The notes beneath the pieces were generated by a model, which made no database searches, was not told where the DNA came from, and was given only the letters and a program-made list of their open reading frames with translations. Position numbers and translations under genes: made by a program. From NCBI GenBank assembly GCA_951406725.2, contig OX597830.1, forward strand, positions 64,108,001 through 64,172,000: DNA of 64,000 nt, read 5' to 3'. This stretch comes from Octopus vulgaris. Taxonomy: Eukaryota. This document shows positions 16,289-31,086 of this stretch, piece after piece (the stretch's first letter is position 1; each line of letters begins with the position of its first letter).

Positions 16289-16614
16289 TCTGAACGGCCA
16301 TACCTATCAACCTTCTACGCACACGCACACACACACACACACATACACACACACACGCACACACATACACACACACACGCACACACATACACACACATAC
16401 ACACACATACACACATACACACACACACACACAATTAATATAATCAGCTAGGTGCAATATCATACCATAAAGGAAAATTCCATAATTTTAATAATAATTA
16501 TAACCTAGAAGGTTTTTCTTCTTCTCATGCTGCCACTTGGTTTGATCGTTAAATAACGGTCATATCCTTATCTATATAAAAATTTATACATATTCACTTC
16601 GTCGCTATATTCAC

Positions 16615-16634
16615 CGCGGTGGTATTTTGACCAT
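16615..16634 (-). CDS. Candidate first coding exon of paralogue A (MVKIPPR)
   Basis: ATG GTC AAA ATA CCA CCG CG|GTGAAT is a phase-2 donor compatible with the acceptor at 10844; the joined CDS is 1407 nt (468 aa). TATA-like box 53 nt upstream of the ATG. Confidence 0.5.
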
Positions 16635-16679
16635 ATATCACATGGGTTCTATTTTCGAATAGGGCAGCCCCGCGTTTTC

Positions 16680-16687
16680 CCTTTATA
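16680..16687 (-). promoter_or_regulatory. Candidate TATA box of paralogue A
   Basis: TAC-TATAAAGG on the minus strand; same TACTATAAA context and similar spacing to the ATG as at paralogue B. Confidence 0.45.
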
Positions 16688-16898
16688 GTATTTTGTCGTC
16701 TCATTTTCAATGTGACAAAGGCATGTCATTATTTTTAAAAAGGCTAAATACCATTAGCATAATAAATGATAAATATTTTATCACAACGTCTTCCAAAATT
16801 AGAAATTACTTCCGTGGAATTATTATTCTTTTTCTTAAAGAGTTGATAAAGCAATAGTAAAAATCACGAGAAAAATATCTTTGAGTTTCCAAATACAT

Positions 16899-16904
16899 TT
16901 TATT
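16899..16904 (-). terminator. Candidate polyadenylation signal of paralogue B
   Basis: AATAAA on the minus strand ~390 nt after the B stop codon and ~210 nt before the candidate TATA box of A. Confidence 0.4.
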
Positions 16905-17035
16905 TCCTTGTTTGTTATTATAATATACTAACACGATGTTTTAGTTGAAAAGATTTTGTAAAAGCAATCAATATTTAAGAATGTAATGGCCAAATATTTT
17001 TTGTTAGAAGGAGATAGAGCTCGATCAATAGGCAG

Positions 17036-17105
<70 letters not shown>

Positions 17106-17290
17106 ATATATATATATATATATATATCCTAGATTAGCCTTAATTGAACTGGGACTAACTGCATATTATCTGTTCTTTTTAAGGCATTCGAGACTACATT
17201 ATCGGATTATCTCAGCCATTTTAAGAGGAGTGTAATTCAAATGAGAGGTTGGTATTCCTAAGCAGGCGTTGAGTGGTTAATACTGGTCTG

Positions 17291-18716
17291 CTACATGTTT
17301 TTAAAGAAGTGGATGTGATCAGAATTTTGCACTGGTAGAAGATGGATATCTCCATAGTCCATCGAACTGAGTGGTACCATCGATGTTTTAATATGTTTTA
17401 CTTTACATTCAGGGGAATCAACAATTTTCATTCCAGAAATAATTTTATGTGAAATCAGCTGCGAGAAAACGTAGGCGACATAAAGAAAATGACATGTCGT
17501 ATATATAAAACGAGGCACCTCAAGTTTGATCAGTTCTCGGCCTTTTAGTGGATGGTCATCGGGTAAGCTTTGGGTTGCATGTGTAATTTGACCAAACTCT
17601 GCGCATCGAATACCCCCGATTATATATGCAGCACAAGCTAAAGACCAGGCAGGATAAAACTTTCGACTAAGTTGTGGAAAAGCTTTTTCGGCGTCAATGA
17701 AGATGGTGTTACAACCAATAGGTTCTACAATTGGGACTCCAAATTCCTTCAAGGATTTTTTGAAATATGCTAATTGTTTTTCTCTATAATCTTGGAGCTG
17801 TTCATCCAATGCACTGCGCATGCCTTCTGCTACTATTTCCATGTCTCGGCCAGCCATTCCACCGTAAGTGATGAAACCTGCTTTAAAGGTTATAACATTG
17901 CCCAGTTCTCGAGTCATTTCATCGTCTCGAAGGCAAATGACGCTCCCTATCTCACTTCTTCCGTCTCTTTTAGCAGAAAGGATGCAGCCATCGAAATATG
18001 AGAACATTTCCTGAGATATTTCAACCAATGATTTATTAAAATAGTTTTCTTCGTACATCTTTGTGCGCCAGCAATTCTCACCATACATGCTGCTTTCGAT
18101 ATAGACGGGAATCGAATGTTCTCGACAGAGATCGGAAACTTCTTTCATGTTGGACATACTAACCGGCTGGCCACCAAGATTCTTTGATGGCACATTCATG
18201 ATAACGAAAGAAATTTTTTCTTTATCATTTTGTTTCAGGATATTTCTGAATGCTTTAATATCTAAATTTCCTCCGAAATTCTCATCTGACCAATCCACCA
18301 TAGAAATCGGTTCCGCCTTAATATGCTTTAGATGATTTTCAAGAGTGTAAGTAAACGTATTTCCAATGACTCTGTCTCCAGCTTTTGCGAGATAAGAAGA
18401 GACTATCTCTTCGCTAGTACGTTTAGAAAAAACAGGTAATATATTTTCAAAACCAGAAATGTAGGTGGCGTTGTCCTTCAAAATTTCGAAACTACTTGAT
18501 CCAGCATAGCTTTCATCACCCATCCATAATCTTGAATTTTGTTTAAGACTCAAACCATTAGTACCAGCGTCTGTGAGGAAATCAATCATAACATCTTCAG
18601 GATGTATTTTAAAGACGTTGTAATCAGTTTTCTCGAGGGCAGTCAATCTGTCGTTACGAGTATTGATCTTTATGTTTTCTACGATATGTATTTTAAATGG
18701 TTCGATAAAATCAGAA
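17291..18716 (-). CDS. Tryptophanase/TPL-like paralogue B, main coding exon (PLP Lys replaced by Arg, keeps GDESY Tyr)
   Basis: The frame extends upstream of the track's TTG start as SDFIEPFKIHIVENIKINTRNDRLTALEK. Motifs DFLTDAGT, GDESYAGS, GGQPVS, SAKRDG, TYGGMAGRD, GIRCAEFG. Acceptor TTTTCGTTTCCTTTCAG ends at 18717; there is no in-frame ATG before the upstream stop, so splicing is required. Confidence 0.92.
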
Positions 18717-19314
18717 CTGAAAGGAAACGAAAAGTTGACACTATTAAAATCTTCTAAAATGTTAATTGGTAATTAAAAATAATCGACGTCGCTATACAGT
18801 TTATCTATACACAAAAATATGAATTTTCAGTGGGCAGGGGGGGTCTTCTATTCAGAATTTATTAAAAAAAAAACCGTTTACATTGTTATTCGCTACCACC
18901 CTGAAAAGTTGTTAATAACATTTACTGTGTAAAATATTAGCCAAGCCCCACTAGACGCTACCAGGAAATAATTGTCGGAGTGCAATAATCTTGAAATGGA
19001 AAGACAGGATGTAAGCAGCAATAAGTAGAACAGCACTAATTTGGATATGGAACTTCTAGACCAAAATCAAAACTCAACAAAAACAAAACACTATATCGAC
19101 GGTCAAAAGATTTTTTAGAGTCCAAGCAAGTGGCCATGTCATATACAAGCCCAACATACTGTACAAGACAGTTTCAATTTAAAAGAGCTTAAAATTAAAA
19201 TAATAAATACCGGTTGATCATTTTAATTCATATAATCGACCTCTCTCCTCAAAATTGATGGCCTTGGAACAGAATTAGAAAGAACAGTCAACAACGTTGA
19301 CCTATGACGGACAG

Positions 19315-19621
19315 TAGAAGAAGAAGAAGAAGAAGAAGAAGAAGAAGAAGAAGGAGGAGAAGAAGAAGAAGAAGAAGAAGAAGAAGAAGAAGAAGAAGAA
19401 GATGATGAAGATGATGATGATGAAGAAGAAGAAGAAGAAGAAGAAGAAGGAGAAGGAGAAGATGATGATGATGATGATGATGAAGAAGAAGAAGAAGAAG
19501 GAGAAGAAGATGATGATGATGATGATGAAGAAGAAGATGATGATGATGATGATGATGATGATGAAGAAGAAGAAGAAGAAGAAGAAGAAGAAGAAGAAGA
19601 AGAAGAAGAAGAAGAAGAAGA
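19315..19621 (+). repeat. Compound (AAG)n/(ATG)n trinucleotide repeat
   Basis: Directly visible. Confidence 0.95.
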
Positions 19622-20527
19622 AAGGATTTTTTAATAAGCTTGTGCTAGCAGACTGCGCTATTTTGGCACACTGGTCAAAATGCTTAGCAGCATTTCGTTT
19701 ATCTTTATGTTCTGGGTTCAACTTCAGCTGAAGGGTTGATCTTGTCATTCATCCATTCGGGGGTCAGTGAAATAAATACCAGTGAACCCTTGTGTCGATG
19801 TAATCGACTTCTTCCTCCAATCAAAATTGCTGGCATTGTGCCAAAATTAGAAAGGGTTATTAATTAATATTGTGGAGGTACATGGGCTAGTGGTTAGAGC
19901 AGCAGATTCGCGGTTGAGGGATCGCGGGTTCGAATCTCAGACCGGGCGATGTGTGTGTTTATGAGCGAAAACACCTAAGCTCCACGCGGCTCCGGCAGAA
20001 GGTAATGGCGAACTTCTGCTGACTCTTTCCCCACAACTTTCTCTCACTCTTTCCTCTTGCATCTTGCAGCTCACCTGCGACGGACCGGCGTCCCGTCCAG
20101 GGAGGAACCTATACGCCAAAGAAACCGGGAAACTGGCCCTTATGAGCCAGGCGTGGCTCGAGAAGGAACAAACATTAATTAATATTAGTATTTATCAGTA
20201 TTTATTAGCAGTAACAACTACAAGGTAGCGAGCTGGCAGAATCGTTAGCACGCCGGACAAGTTGCTGAGCGGCTTTTAGTCCGTCTTTACATTCTGAGTT
20301 GCCTCTCAGCCTTTCGGGATGAATAAAATAAAGTACCAGTCAGGTACTGGGGGTCGATATCATCGACTTACTACCTCTTCCCCAAAATTTCAGCCTTGTG
20401 CCTATAATAGAAAAGATTATAGGTAGCAATAAGCATAAATGCGGTAGACACAATAATTGCTATCAGTAATCTTATCTACTATTACAACGAAAAATATTTT
20501 GTCCAAAGAAAGGAACGAACCAAAAAG

Positions 20528-20704
<177 letters not shown>

Positions 20705-20742
20705 TTATCTATCTATCTATCTTATCTAGCTTATTTATTTTA

Positions 20743-20777
<35 letters not shown>

Positions 20778-20874
20778 GCCTGCCTGTCTGTCTGTCTGCC
20801 TGCCTGTCTGCTTGTCTGTCTGTCTGTTTTGATGAGATCGAATTCAGATATATCACTTCTAAATTGATGTGATA

Positions 20875-22069
20875 TTAAGTTGTCTGGAGAGTTCTGAGCG
20901 TTTTTCAATATGCAAAAAGGGATATAAATATTTGACCTTTCAATAAATTTTATTCTATGAAATAATTTCCTTTATTATTAATGACCTCTGGCCACCTATC
21001 CGGCAATTTAAATATTCCATCAGCATCAAATTTGACTGTCTTTGAAGATGCATTTTGATTCCCTCTAAATCCTTAAATGTTTTCCCTTTCAACGAGTTCT
21101 GTAGAGACAAAAACAAGTTGTAGTCTGATGGCACAATATCAGCAGAATATGGTGGATAGGGTAAGAGAACTCAACCAAGTTCATGTAACTTTGTTCGGGT
21201 AGTCAAAGACACATGTGGTCGGACATTATCTTGCTGGAACACTACCTCTTTCCTGTTGGCAATCTCCTGCCTCAATTCTTTGACTTTTTGGTTTAAGCTA
21301 GCCAGCTTAAATACAAAGCATAGCTTTTTTGGCGTGGATATTCGTCTTTGGTTGCTGTTTTGGGCCATCCTTACGCAAACTCCATGATCCTTTTCCGTAC
21401 TACGTTTTCATTCACAATCCATTTTCCATCTCCAGTTAAAAGTTGTTTCAAAAGAGGCATGCTTTCATTCCGTTTCAAAAGCATATCGTAAACGGAATAC
21501 CGGTCCAAGCAATTCTTTTCTGAGAGTTTGTGAGGGACCGATACATTAAAGTGAGAAATGTATCCTAGCTTCACTAGGTATTCATGAGCCGTACATTTAG
21601 AAACTTCCAACTCTTCTGCAAGTTTTCTTGTCGTGATATTTGACTTTTCTTCAGTTTTTACCTTCAAAACATCCTCATCTATTTTTGAAGGTCTTCCACA
21701 GCATCTGCCATCTTTCAAGCTAAACTCTCCAGCTTTAAGTTTATCAAACCACCTTCGAACAGTTGACTCACTTACAGAATCATCACCATAAACTTCACAA
21801 ATGTTTTTGCAAGTTTTTGCGGCATTTACTCCTTTTTTTTTTAAAAAAAAAGCAACAAAAACATAATAACGCGAATATGAAATTTTTGGTTATCCATTTT
21901 AAATGCCAATAAAGAGCAACCAAAATGAAAGATAAATGCATTTTTAGTCAGGAACAAAGAAGAAATGCACAACCACGCCATAGTTTTAAGTGTGATACGT
22001 TTCAGGTGTGTTCAATGAAGCGTTAAAAGATTTAGCTTAAAAACACTCAGAACTTACTGGACAGCCTAA
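20875..22069 (-). mobile_element. Mariner transposon, near full length, disrupted transposase
   Basis: Imperfect TIRs (TTAAGTTGTCTGGAGAGTTCTGAGCGTTTTT / AAAAACACTCAGAACTTACTGGACAGCCTAA) flanked by TA. Transposase from 21897 has TVRRWF, GRPSKID, VPHKL, TGDGKW, QDNVRPH and PPYSADIVPSDY motifs, with frameshifts. Confidence 0.88.
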
Positions 22070-22256
22070 TAAAAAGACTTACTCTCTCCATTCTTTTTTT
22101 CCCCCGTAATTGTAAAAGCTCTACGGATATTTGTGGATTATCAGACAGGTGTTTGATATAACATATAAACTCCTCATTATCTCGCCTGATTGCCGTTACC
22201 CATGGATAAGCTTAATAAGGTAAACTAAGACACAAATGAAATTATTATATATTTAT

Positions 22257-22336
<80 letters not shown>

Positions 22337-22496
22337 TCACAACTGTCTGACGGACGTGAACACGAAACTGAGTTACAGATCTGTGATAATTTTGCAGCTT
22401 TAATAAAAAAAATATATTACTCTACCTTTGGCATTCGAGTACTATATTTTCTACCTTTTTTTGCACTTATGTGCTTCCCTGAGTGTGTGTGTGTGT

Positions 22497-22538
<42 letters not shown>

Positions 22539-22727
22539 ATACATATTCCCTCCGTCTTCCTTTTCTATTGAACTTTCCCCTGTGTCCTGTTTATGAAGAA
22601 GAGCTTTGCTCGAAGTGTTAAACCGCCTTTCTTTCCTTCCCTGAGCGTCTGCTAATACTTTACATGTACCACGCTCTCGCGTTGTTGTTATTTTTGTGTT
22701 TGTTCTTCGTTTTGGGGGGGCATTTAC

Positions 22728-22803
<76 letters not shown>

Positions 22804-22894
22804 ACGGGAAGGTTTACAAAAATAAACAAAAGACGAAGGCAGGTGGAGTACAAACAAACAATTGTATTAGTATAGCGCTCAGGAACAGAAATAG

Positions 22895-22949
<55 letters not shown>

Positions 22950-23099
22950 ATGAATAAAAAGTTTATGGATGACTAAATTACAACAGGTAGATAGCCCATT
23001 GTTGGTATTATAGTGCATTGTTGTACCATTCAAAACTTCTTATTCTTTACAAACAATACACAGTGCTTCAAGCGAACTACAATACTCTCATATATATAT

Positions 23100-23144
<45 letters not shown>

Positions 23145-23981
23145 TGATGGTTGTCTCTCACGGTCAAAGCAAGATGGTTCTGCGATTTCAGGCTGAGCAG
23201 CTTGCACAAATGATTCGTTTATAGTGATCAATGGTACGTGCTGTACATTAACTCATCTCCGCCACCAAATCAACCTTGTCCTGGCAACACATTGTTTTGT
23301 GGTCCCTTCGACACCTGGACGTGTACCACACGTCAGGTTTCGAAGGGATGACCGAGCAGTGTTTGAAGAAACGTTTTGCCCAAGAACATAATGCATTACC
23401 CGGTCCACGAATTGAAACCACGATCTTGCGATCACTAGAGCAACACTCTAACCACATGGCCATGCGGCTACATGCACATACATAGTGAGAGAGCATCTCT
23501 CATAGTGAGACAGCATCTCTCACAACGCCATCAACGTGATGTTGGGGTATAAATATACGAAGCCCCAACTTTACGACGAGTAGTCCATCTCGCTAAAAGG
23601 TCCCTGAATAAGGGTTGTTTAAGGATGATGAACAAAACACCCATGGTTTGTATGTATGTATGTATGTACGTACGTGGGGTTGCTGAAAAGTTTTTGGCTT
23701 TGAGTAAGCGAAAATGCGGGAGGATCTGTTAATTATGATTTTATTCAACATATTCCTCTCTCAGAGTCATACACTTATTGCCCACTTATTCCTTTAGTTT
23801 TTCTAAACCCCGGAAAAGAACTCGGGAGGTTGGGCCTTCAAGCAGGCCTTTCGCGCTACCCTTAAAACCAGGAACGTTTCAGTACTCACTCGCATGTATG
23901 TATGTATGTATGTATGTATGTATGTATGTATGTATGTATGTGTGTGTATTTATAAAAGTATAAAGAAACTTGGTTACTTAC

Positions 23982-23998
23982 AGGTCAGAGAAGTCCAT
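23982..23998 (-). CDS. Candidate first coding exon of paralogue B (MDFSDL)
   Basis: GCAAACC ATG GAC TTC TCT GAC CT|GTAAGT: strong Kozak context, consensus donor, phase 2 matching the acceptor at 18716; the joined CDS is 1443 nt (480 aa). Confidence 0.7.
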
Positions 23999-24049
23999 GG
24001 TTTGCGTCTGTTGATTCTGTTTTGTTTGGGAATACAGGGATGTGTTGGG

Positions 24050-24057
24050 CTTTTATA
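24050..24057 (-). promoter_or_regulatory. Candidate TATA box of paralogue B
   Basis: Consensus TATAAAAG 59 nt upstream of the candidate ATG. Confidence 0.6.
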
Positions 24058-24372
24058 GTAGAACACCTACACGTGGCTATAAATACTGGCGATATTAATG
24101 TCATTGTTGCCTTATTGACGGTGTGGTAGGTATTGGAAAGAGGAGGAGGAGGAGGAGGAGAAAAGCTAAACAAAAGAAAGAGAAGAAAACGAAACCAAAG
24201 GAGTCGACGGCGACGATGACAACGATGAAGAGAAAGAAGAAAAAGTAACATATGCACGCGCACACACATACACACACAACACACAACTCGGAGACACTCC
24301 CCTTTAATTTACACGGAGACACACACATGTATGTATGCGTGTCAAATAGTAGATATACATATTTATGTATGC

Positions 24373-24428
<56 letters not shown>

Positions 24429-24451
24429 ACTGCACACACAAACATACACAC

Positions 24452-24703
<252 letters not shown>

Positions 24704-24714
24704 GTCTCTGTCTG

Positions 24715-24849
<135 letters not shown>

Positions 24850-25146
24850 GACTGTCTGTCTGTCTGTCTATCTATCTATTTGTATATCATTTATATCCAT
24901 TTAAAAGGTAAAAAAAGATGACCAATTTGTTAATAAAAAAAATGATCAACTCCCTAATCCCCATTTTGTTTTATTCTTTTAAATGGATATAAACTATATG
25001 CTTTTTATATACCTATTGTTGTAAAGGAATTTCAACCCCACCAAATACGATGTATTGAACCGGTATTTCTTTGGATTCAACTATCCCTCCACGAGGTTAA
25101 CATATTCGCTAATTATATACATACATACATACATACATACATACAT

Positions 25147-25198
<52 letters not shown>

Positions 25199-25229
25199 CG
25201 GCCATCATATATATATATATATATGATGG

Positions 25230-26200
25230 CCGTCCAATCGTGACCGAGGAAGACCATTGCCGACCTTCAGGAACATTGTGCGCTCTAACTTATATTTTGC
25301 ATTTGCGGCTCCGTTGGTGGCTAATGAGTCTTGCTCTTGACAAGCATACACGACTGCAAACATTGCAGACCAAGCTTTCCCCATTCACTATACGAACCGT
25401 GCGCTTTCGGGCAGCTCGTTTAAGTTCTTCATGCTGGAAACGTGCCCTCTCAAAAGTGTTGATCCCCTCCTTAACCTGCTTCCTCCATCTGTGGCGATGA
25501 CAGGCATTGTTCTCCCAGTCAGCGTCCTGCATATCAAAGGCCTTTAACGAGGACTTGACACAGTCCTTAAATCGCAGCCTTGGTTTCTGCCGGAGTCTCC
25601 TTCCATTCACAAGTTCTCCATAGAGCATCTGCTTAGGAATCCTGCTATCCTTCATTCTAATAATGAGTCCAGTCCAACGCAACCGGTGCTTGTGCACCAT
25701 CGCCTCAATACTCAAGATATCAGCTGTCCTCAGGATCTGTGTGTCTGGAATTTTTGAGGTTCAGCCAACATTGAGAATGTGTCTGAGACATCTCTGATGA
25801 AAATGTTCAAGGACCCTTACCTGACGTTTGTACAGAGTCCATGCCTCACATGAGTAGAGGAGCGATGTCAGTACACATGAACGGTACACAGCAACTTTTG
25901 TTCGTCTTGTGATGCCATGCTGGGACCAGACATGAGACTGAAGAGACCGGAAGGAATTAGTTGCTCTCTGCAACCTGAAAGATATTTCCTCACCCAGGGA
26001 GCAAGAACGGCTGAGTGTGCTGCCCAGGTAGACAAACTTGTCTACTACTTTCAGAATTGTTCCCTCAACCAAGATAGCTGGTTTCATATATGGATTTCCT
26101 GGTGCAGGCTGGAACATTACAACAGTCTTGTCCAGGCTAATGCTGAGTCCAAACGCCCTGCAAGAAGCAGACCTTCTATCTATAAATGCTCTAATATCTA
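25230..26200 (-). mobile_element. RTE-clade LINE, 5'-truncated 3' end
   Basis: [50 protein letters not shown] and a terminal C2H2-like CNVCSRVC...SHQRS. Confidence 0.9.
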
Positions 26201-26363
26201 CACAGCCTTGGTTTTTTTTTATCTTATTACGCAAAAAATTCTTATATATACACACGCTGACATAGAACCAACGTTGAACCCCTTATTCGCAATATTACCG
26301 TGTCTGGAACTTAACCATGTTCTGTGTATAGCACTTATTCACCAATACCTGACACCATTATCT

Positions 26364-26500
<137 letters not shown>

Positions 26501-26532
26501 AATCCAAACGTGGAACAATTACAGTATTATTA

Positions 26533-26592
<60 letters not shown>

Positions 26593-27090
26593 TATATATA
26601 TACATATACATATTTATGTGTAATGTTAAACTGTTCTAATATCAAACAGGATAGAAGCTCGATGACGCCACAGCTACAGGACATTTTATTGAAGCTTATA
26701 ACAAAGGAAACGACAGTAATATCACATGTCAACCAATTTAATTCACACAAAGCAATAATGTTTCTCACCTGGCTCTAAAATGCCCTTTGTTGAGATTTAC
26801 GGTTAATATGAGTTGTTTTGTAAAAAAAAAATCATTAAATCATGTATAACTGCATATATCTATGTACATATTCATGAACACAATTTCTAGGAAAGAAAAC
26901 ATCGAAATACGTCCAAACATACATGTATATACAGGCACAGAAGTGATTCTGTGGTAGGAAGTTTGTTCTCCAGCCCCATGGTTTCGGGTTCAGTCCCACT
27001 GCGTGGCTCCTTGGACAGGTGTCTTCTAATATAGCCTCGAGCCGAGGCTTCTGCGTAGCTTTGGTAGACGGAAACTGATACAAGCCAGCC

Positions 27091-27142
<52 letters not shown>

Positions 27143-27575
27143 GTATATATATATATATCTCTTATTATAAAAGGCAGATTTTATCTGCCTCCCTTTGGGA
27201 GTTATACAAATCTACAATATAGGATTTCTTCAATTACAATTTACCTAGCAATTTTAAGAGTACAATGCATCGCGTCATGCCAGGTCCAGTTTTTAAAATT
27301 TAAACTCCAATTAAGCAAAATTTACAGAAAACTCACATTCTGGTGTGTGTGTCAAATGCTTTTCTTAGTCTGGTTTACACCACACGCAAACGCACACACA
27401 CAGTGGGCAACGAATAAAATGATAGTAGTTCACTTACTGTAGTGAGTGATTCTTTCACTCTGCCTCCCACTTCCTCTTTCAACACAGACACGCAAATATA
27501 TATAAATAAAATTGTAAGCTAACGTGCGTGTGTGTGAGTGTGTGTGTGTGTGTGTGTGTGCGTGTGTGTGTGAGG

Positions 27576-27611
<36 letters not shown>

Positions 27612-27943
27612 GCGTGAGTGTGTGACAGGAAAGTTTTTACGACGAATACATAAGACCAAAGCTTTTTCCAGCCATTGGTCTGTGGCCATGCTGGGGCAAT
27701 GCCTTGAAGAATTGTAGTTTAATGAATCAACTCCAGTTTTATTTTTGTAAGCATTGTACTTATTCTATCTGTTTCCTTTGTCAAACCACTAGGTGACAGG
27801 GATGTAAACAAACCAACATTCGTTGTCAAGCAGTGGTGGAGGACAATCACAAGCACAGACACGCACACACACACATACATGCAGACACATATACACACAT
27901 ACATACATACATACATATATATATATGTGTGTGTATATATATA

Positions 27944-28202
27944 TTGCAGCGTGGAAGGTGTTTGTAAGCCATTTAAGAAACACACAAAAACCGTTACATT
28001 CACTTCAACATTTAAATTTAATTTGCCAAAATATTTTCCTCGCTTTGAGACCGCGACCTGTTCACTGACAAAAATATCGTGCTAACAGGTCGCGGTCTCA
28101 AAGCGACGAAAATATTTTGGCAAATTAAATTTAAATTTTGAAGTGAATGTAACGGTTTTTGTGTGTTTCTTAAATGGCTTATAAACACCTTCAACGCTGC
28201 AA
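27944..28202. repeat. Fold-back inverted repeat (~117-bp arms), probable inverted Penelope-type LTR fragment
   Basis: Arms are reverse complements around a ~21-nt spacer; a single related copy lies at ~45400-45530; degenerate hammerhead half (GTCGC...GCGAC-GAAA-ATAT-TT). Confidence 0.7.
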
Positions 28203-28366
28203 CTGTTTTCGTTCCAGCACACGATCTCAGATCAAGTCACTTGCTATGCAAGTACATCTCTGTAACTATATATATATTTATATATATATATATATATGTA
28301 TATTGGTAAAAACAGTAAGATAACAAAAGAAAGAAAGAGACCTCAATATTATGTAAATAGAGGAAA

Positions 28367-28759
28367 TCTTTATATATAAAAGTGAGGTTGTGTGTCTGTC
28401 TCCTACGATTTAGATTCCTAACTACTCCCACATTTTGCGGTGCAGTTTAACCAAAATCGGGTATCTTATAGTCGTGATTCATATCGAGACCGTCTGGGTA
28501 TTAGCGCGCGTCTACGATGAGTCTACGATTTAAAAAAAAATTTACCATCAATTTTTCCCATTTATATCCATTTTTGACATATATAAGGGAAGTAACTCTC
28601 TAAAATTTATTATTAAATCTCAGAACGTAAAAAGCTACAGTAACACCCCTCCCCCTTTGTGGTTAGCCATATTGAGATGGCTATTATACTTTACATCTCT
28701 AAAAATGCTTATATAATTATTTCCCTTACAAACCCGAGCAACGCCGGGCGATACTGCTA

Positions 28760-28760
<1 letters not shown>
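28367..28760 (+). mobile_element. Non-autonomous Helitron
   Basis: 5' A|TC start, subterminal hairpin CCCGAGCAACGCCGGG, 3' CTAG|T end, no TSD. Confidence 0.75.
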
Positions 28761-28791
<31 letters not shown>

Positions 28792-28826
28792 GAGGTGGGG
28801 AAAGTTCCTTCTCTCCCTCTCTCTCC

Positions 28827-28877
<51 letters not shown>

Positions 28878-29716
28878 CGTGATCACCGTGACCCACTAGG
28901 CTACCAGATGTTGCTACACATCGCTGGTCACAATGCGCTTCGCATTGTTTTAGCCTTCAAATGACGCCACCCCGGTGGCTAAGTGAGCAAGCCAACAGAA
29001 GAAAGAGTGAGAGAAAGTTGTGGCGAAAGCGTACAGCAGGGATCGTCACCCCTGCCCCTGCCGGAGCCTCGTGGAGCTTTAGGTGTTTTCGCTCAATAAA
29101 CCCTCACAACGCCCGGCCTGGGAATCGAAACTGCGATCGTACAACCGCGAGTCCGCTGCGCTAACCACTGGGCCATTGTACCTCCACACACATACACACA
29201 TACACACACATTTATATTGTACATTTACGTCTACTCCATCCAATGTGTCCCCTTTTAACTTTTCTTTAAAAAAAAAAAACAGCAGCAAAACACCACAAAC
29301 AAGCCCAGAGTAGGTTGTTATTTGAAGGAGGGGGAGTTGGCTGTTATTTCTTGCAAATGATCTAGCAATAAAAAACATGAAAAATGTTAAAAAAACCCTT
29401 CTTCTTATTTTTCCTTTTTGTTTCCTTCTATAAGTGCAGGCGACTCATTCAACAGAATTAGGTTGAAAAACATAAATGAATAAATAAGTACGCAGAAAGA
29501 TCTCCCCTTTCTAAAGAACGTATCAAAACAACACAGCGTCCACCTTTGGTAAACAGTAAACTTAAATACAATATAATCGCTTATAACATTTATAAAAACG
29601 TTATTGTTTAGAAGTGAGAATAACCGACGTTCCTTAACGTCTTTACGCACACACATTATGCGTGTTTCTACCCATACCTGATTCTATTTGAATATTCATT
29701 GTCAGAAAAATTTTCG

Positions 29717-30115
29717 GATCTTTTCGGCTTGAACGGCAGTTTTTTCTAGCGGTGTCATATGAAATTGTTACCCATAATTATGACCCTAGAATCAATCTCT
29801 TTTAGGGTTAGGGTTAGGGGTAGGGAAGGGTATCGTTTTTTTTTCACAAATGTAAATAAATCCAATCTGTTTCTTAAATGAGGGACATATTCATACGGCA
29901 CAGAATGCTTTTTAACTCAATAGACGTCACTGATTGGTTGAAATTGCAGAAATTGAAGAAAAAAAACAACAAATATCTTACAAACCATAGAGTTTTCTCA
30001 ATAAAGCCAAGAGAAAAAGATGTTTTATAAACACATTCTACAAGTATACGAAGTTTAAAATCTTTTAGTTACCTAGAAATTATGTTAAAAACTGCCGTTC
30101 AAACCGAAAAGATTC
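29717..30115. mobile_element. MITE with ~27-bp TIRs and internal (TTAGGG)3
   Basis: ATCTTTTCGGCTTGAACGGCAGTTTTT ... AAAAACTGCCGTTCAAACCGAAAAGAT. Confidence 0.7.
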
Positions 30116-30618
30116 AAATTTTCAGCCATTGCTTTCTATTTACATGTATACGTGTCTATTTTAAAAATAATTATATATATATCGAAATTGCGAGGATGAT
30201 CCGGTTCTTGACTGATGATTAGAGGCTTCGAATGACCCGTCCGTTTTTTTGTGTCGTCTATTTGAATTTTTTGCGTTCTTGTCCCATTTTGTATTTTTAT
30301 ATATATTTTATATATAACGCAAAACATTCAAATAGACGACTCAAAAAAACGGACGGGTCATTCGAAGCCTCTAATCATCAGTCAAGAACCGGATCATCCT
30401 CGCAATTTCGATATATATATAATTATTTTAAAAATAGACGTATACATGTAAATAGAAAGCAATGGCTGAAAATTTGAATCTTTTCGGTTTGAACGGCAGT
30501 TTTTAACATATGCTCACCTGGATTCTTCTTATAACCACATTTTACTCCGCGGACTTGGTTGTCGGTAAAGGTTTTCAGAGTGTAAGTTCAAATAATTTGA
30601 GCGTCTCAAGTGATTGAG

Positions 30619-30721
<103 letters not shown>

Positions 30722-31086
30722 CAATAAATGCTGGGGTTGTGTTGACCGCACGTGGAGGAATGATAGGCGAGGAAAAATTATAAAAAGGCAGAATGATAAA
30801 TCGAAGCTAAATTTTAATAAAAGTGGGTGTATGGAAAATTTTTAAAAAATGTTTAATCTACAGAGTTGTCTCTCCTTACCCACAAAAACCTGGATAACTC
30901 CTACCTCCATTTCCTGTTTTGACATTCATTCAACAAACATCCTAAATTAAACACCACGTTTAATCCCATGGATCTTAATCCTCCAAAGAAATTTTTCCAA
31001 GGACTGTCATTGAACTCAAGATACATAAAGACTTTACAATGTTTGGGTATACCTATTTTTTAATTTTTGCATATGTTTATTATTAT

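Noticed and set aside
18644-18646. ORF-track start MTALEK for paralogue B
   Set aside because: It is a TTG inside the conserved N-terminal region; homology and a splice acceptor extend the exon to 18716.
17291-18716. Paralogue B as a pseudogene
   Set aside because: No stops or frameshifts over ~475 codons despite deep divergence from A, and its losses are confined to cis-acting residues.
19873-19950. tRNA genes (also ~8412, ~29110 and ~60884)
   Set aside because: tRNA-like A/B boxes run directly into SINE bodies, so these are SINE heads.
29802-29826. Telomere (TTAGGG repeats)
   Set aside because: Only ~3-4 units, internal to a MITE.
30205-30245. Hammerhead at CTGATGATTAGAGG (also degenerate ones near 59975 and 63555)
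   Set aside because: Core or stems incomplete (GAAU instead of GAAA, no good stem II); at most decayed remnants.
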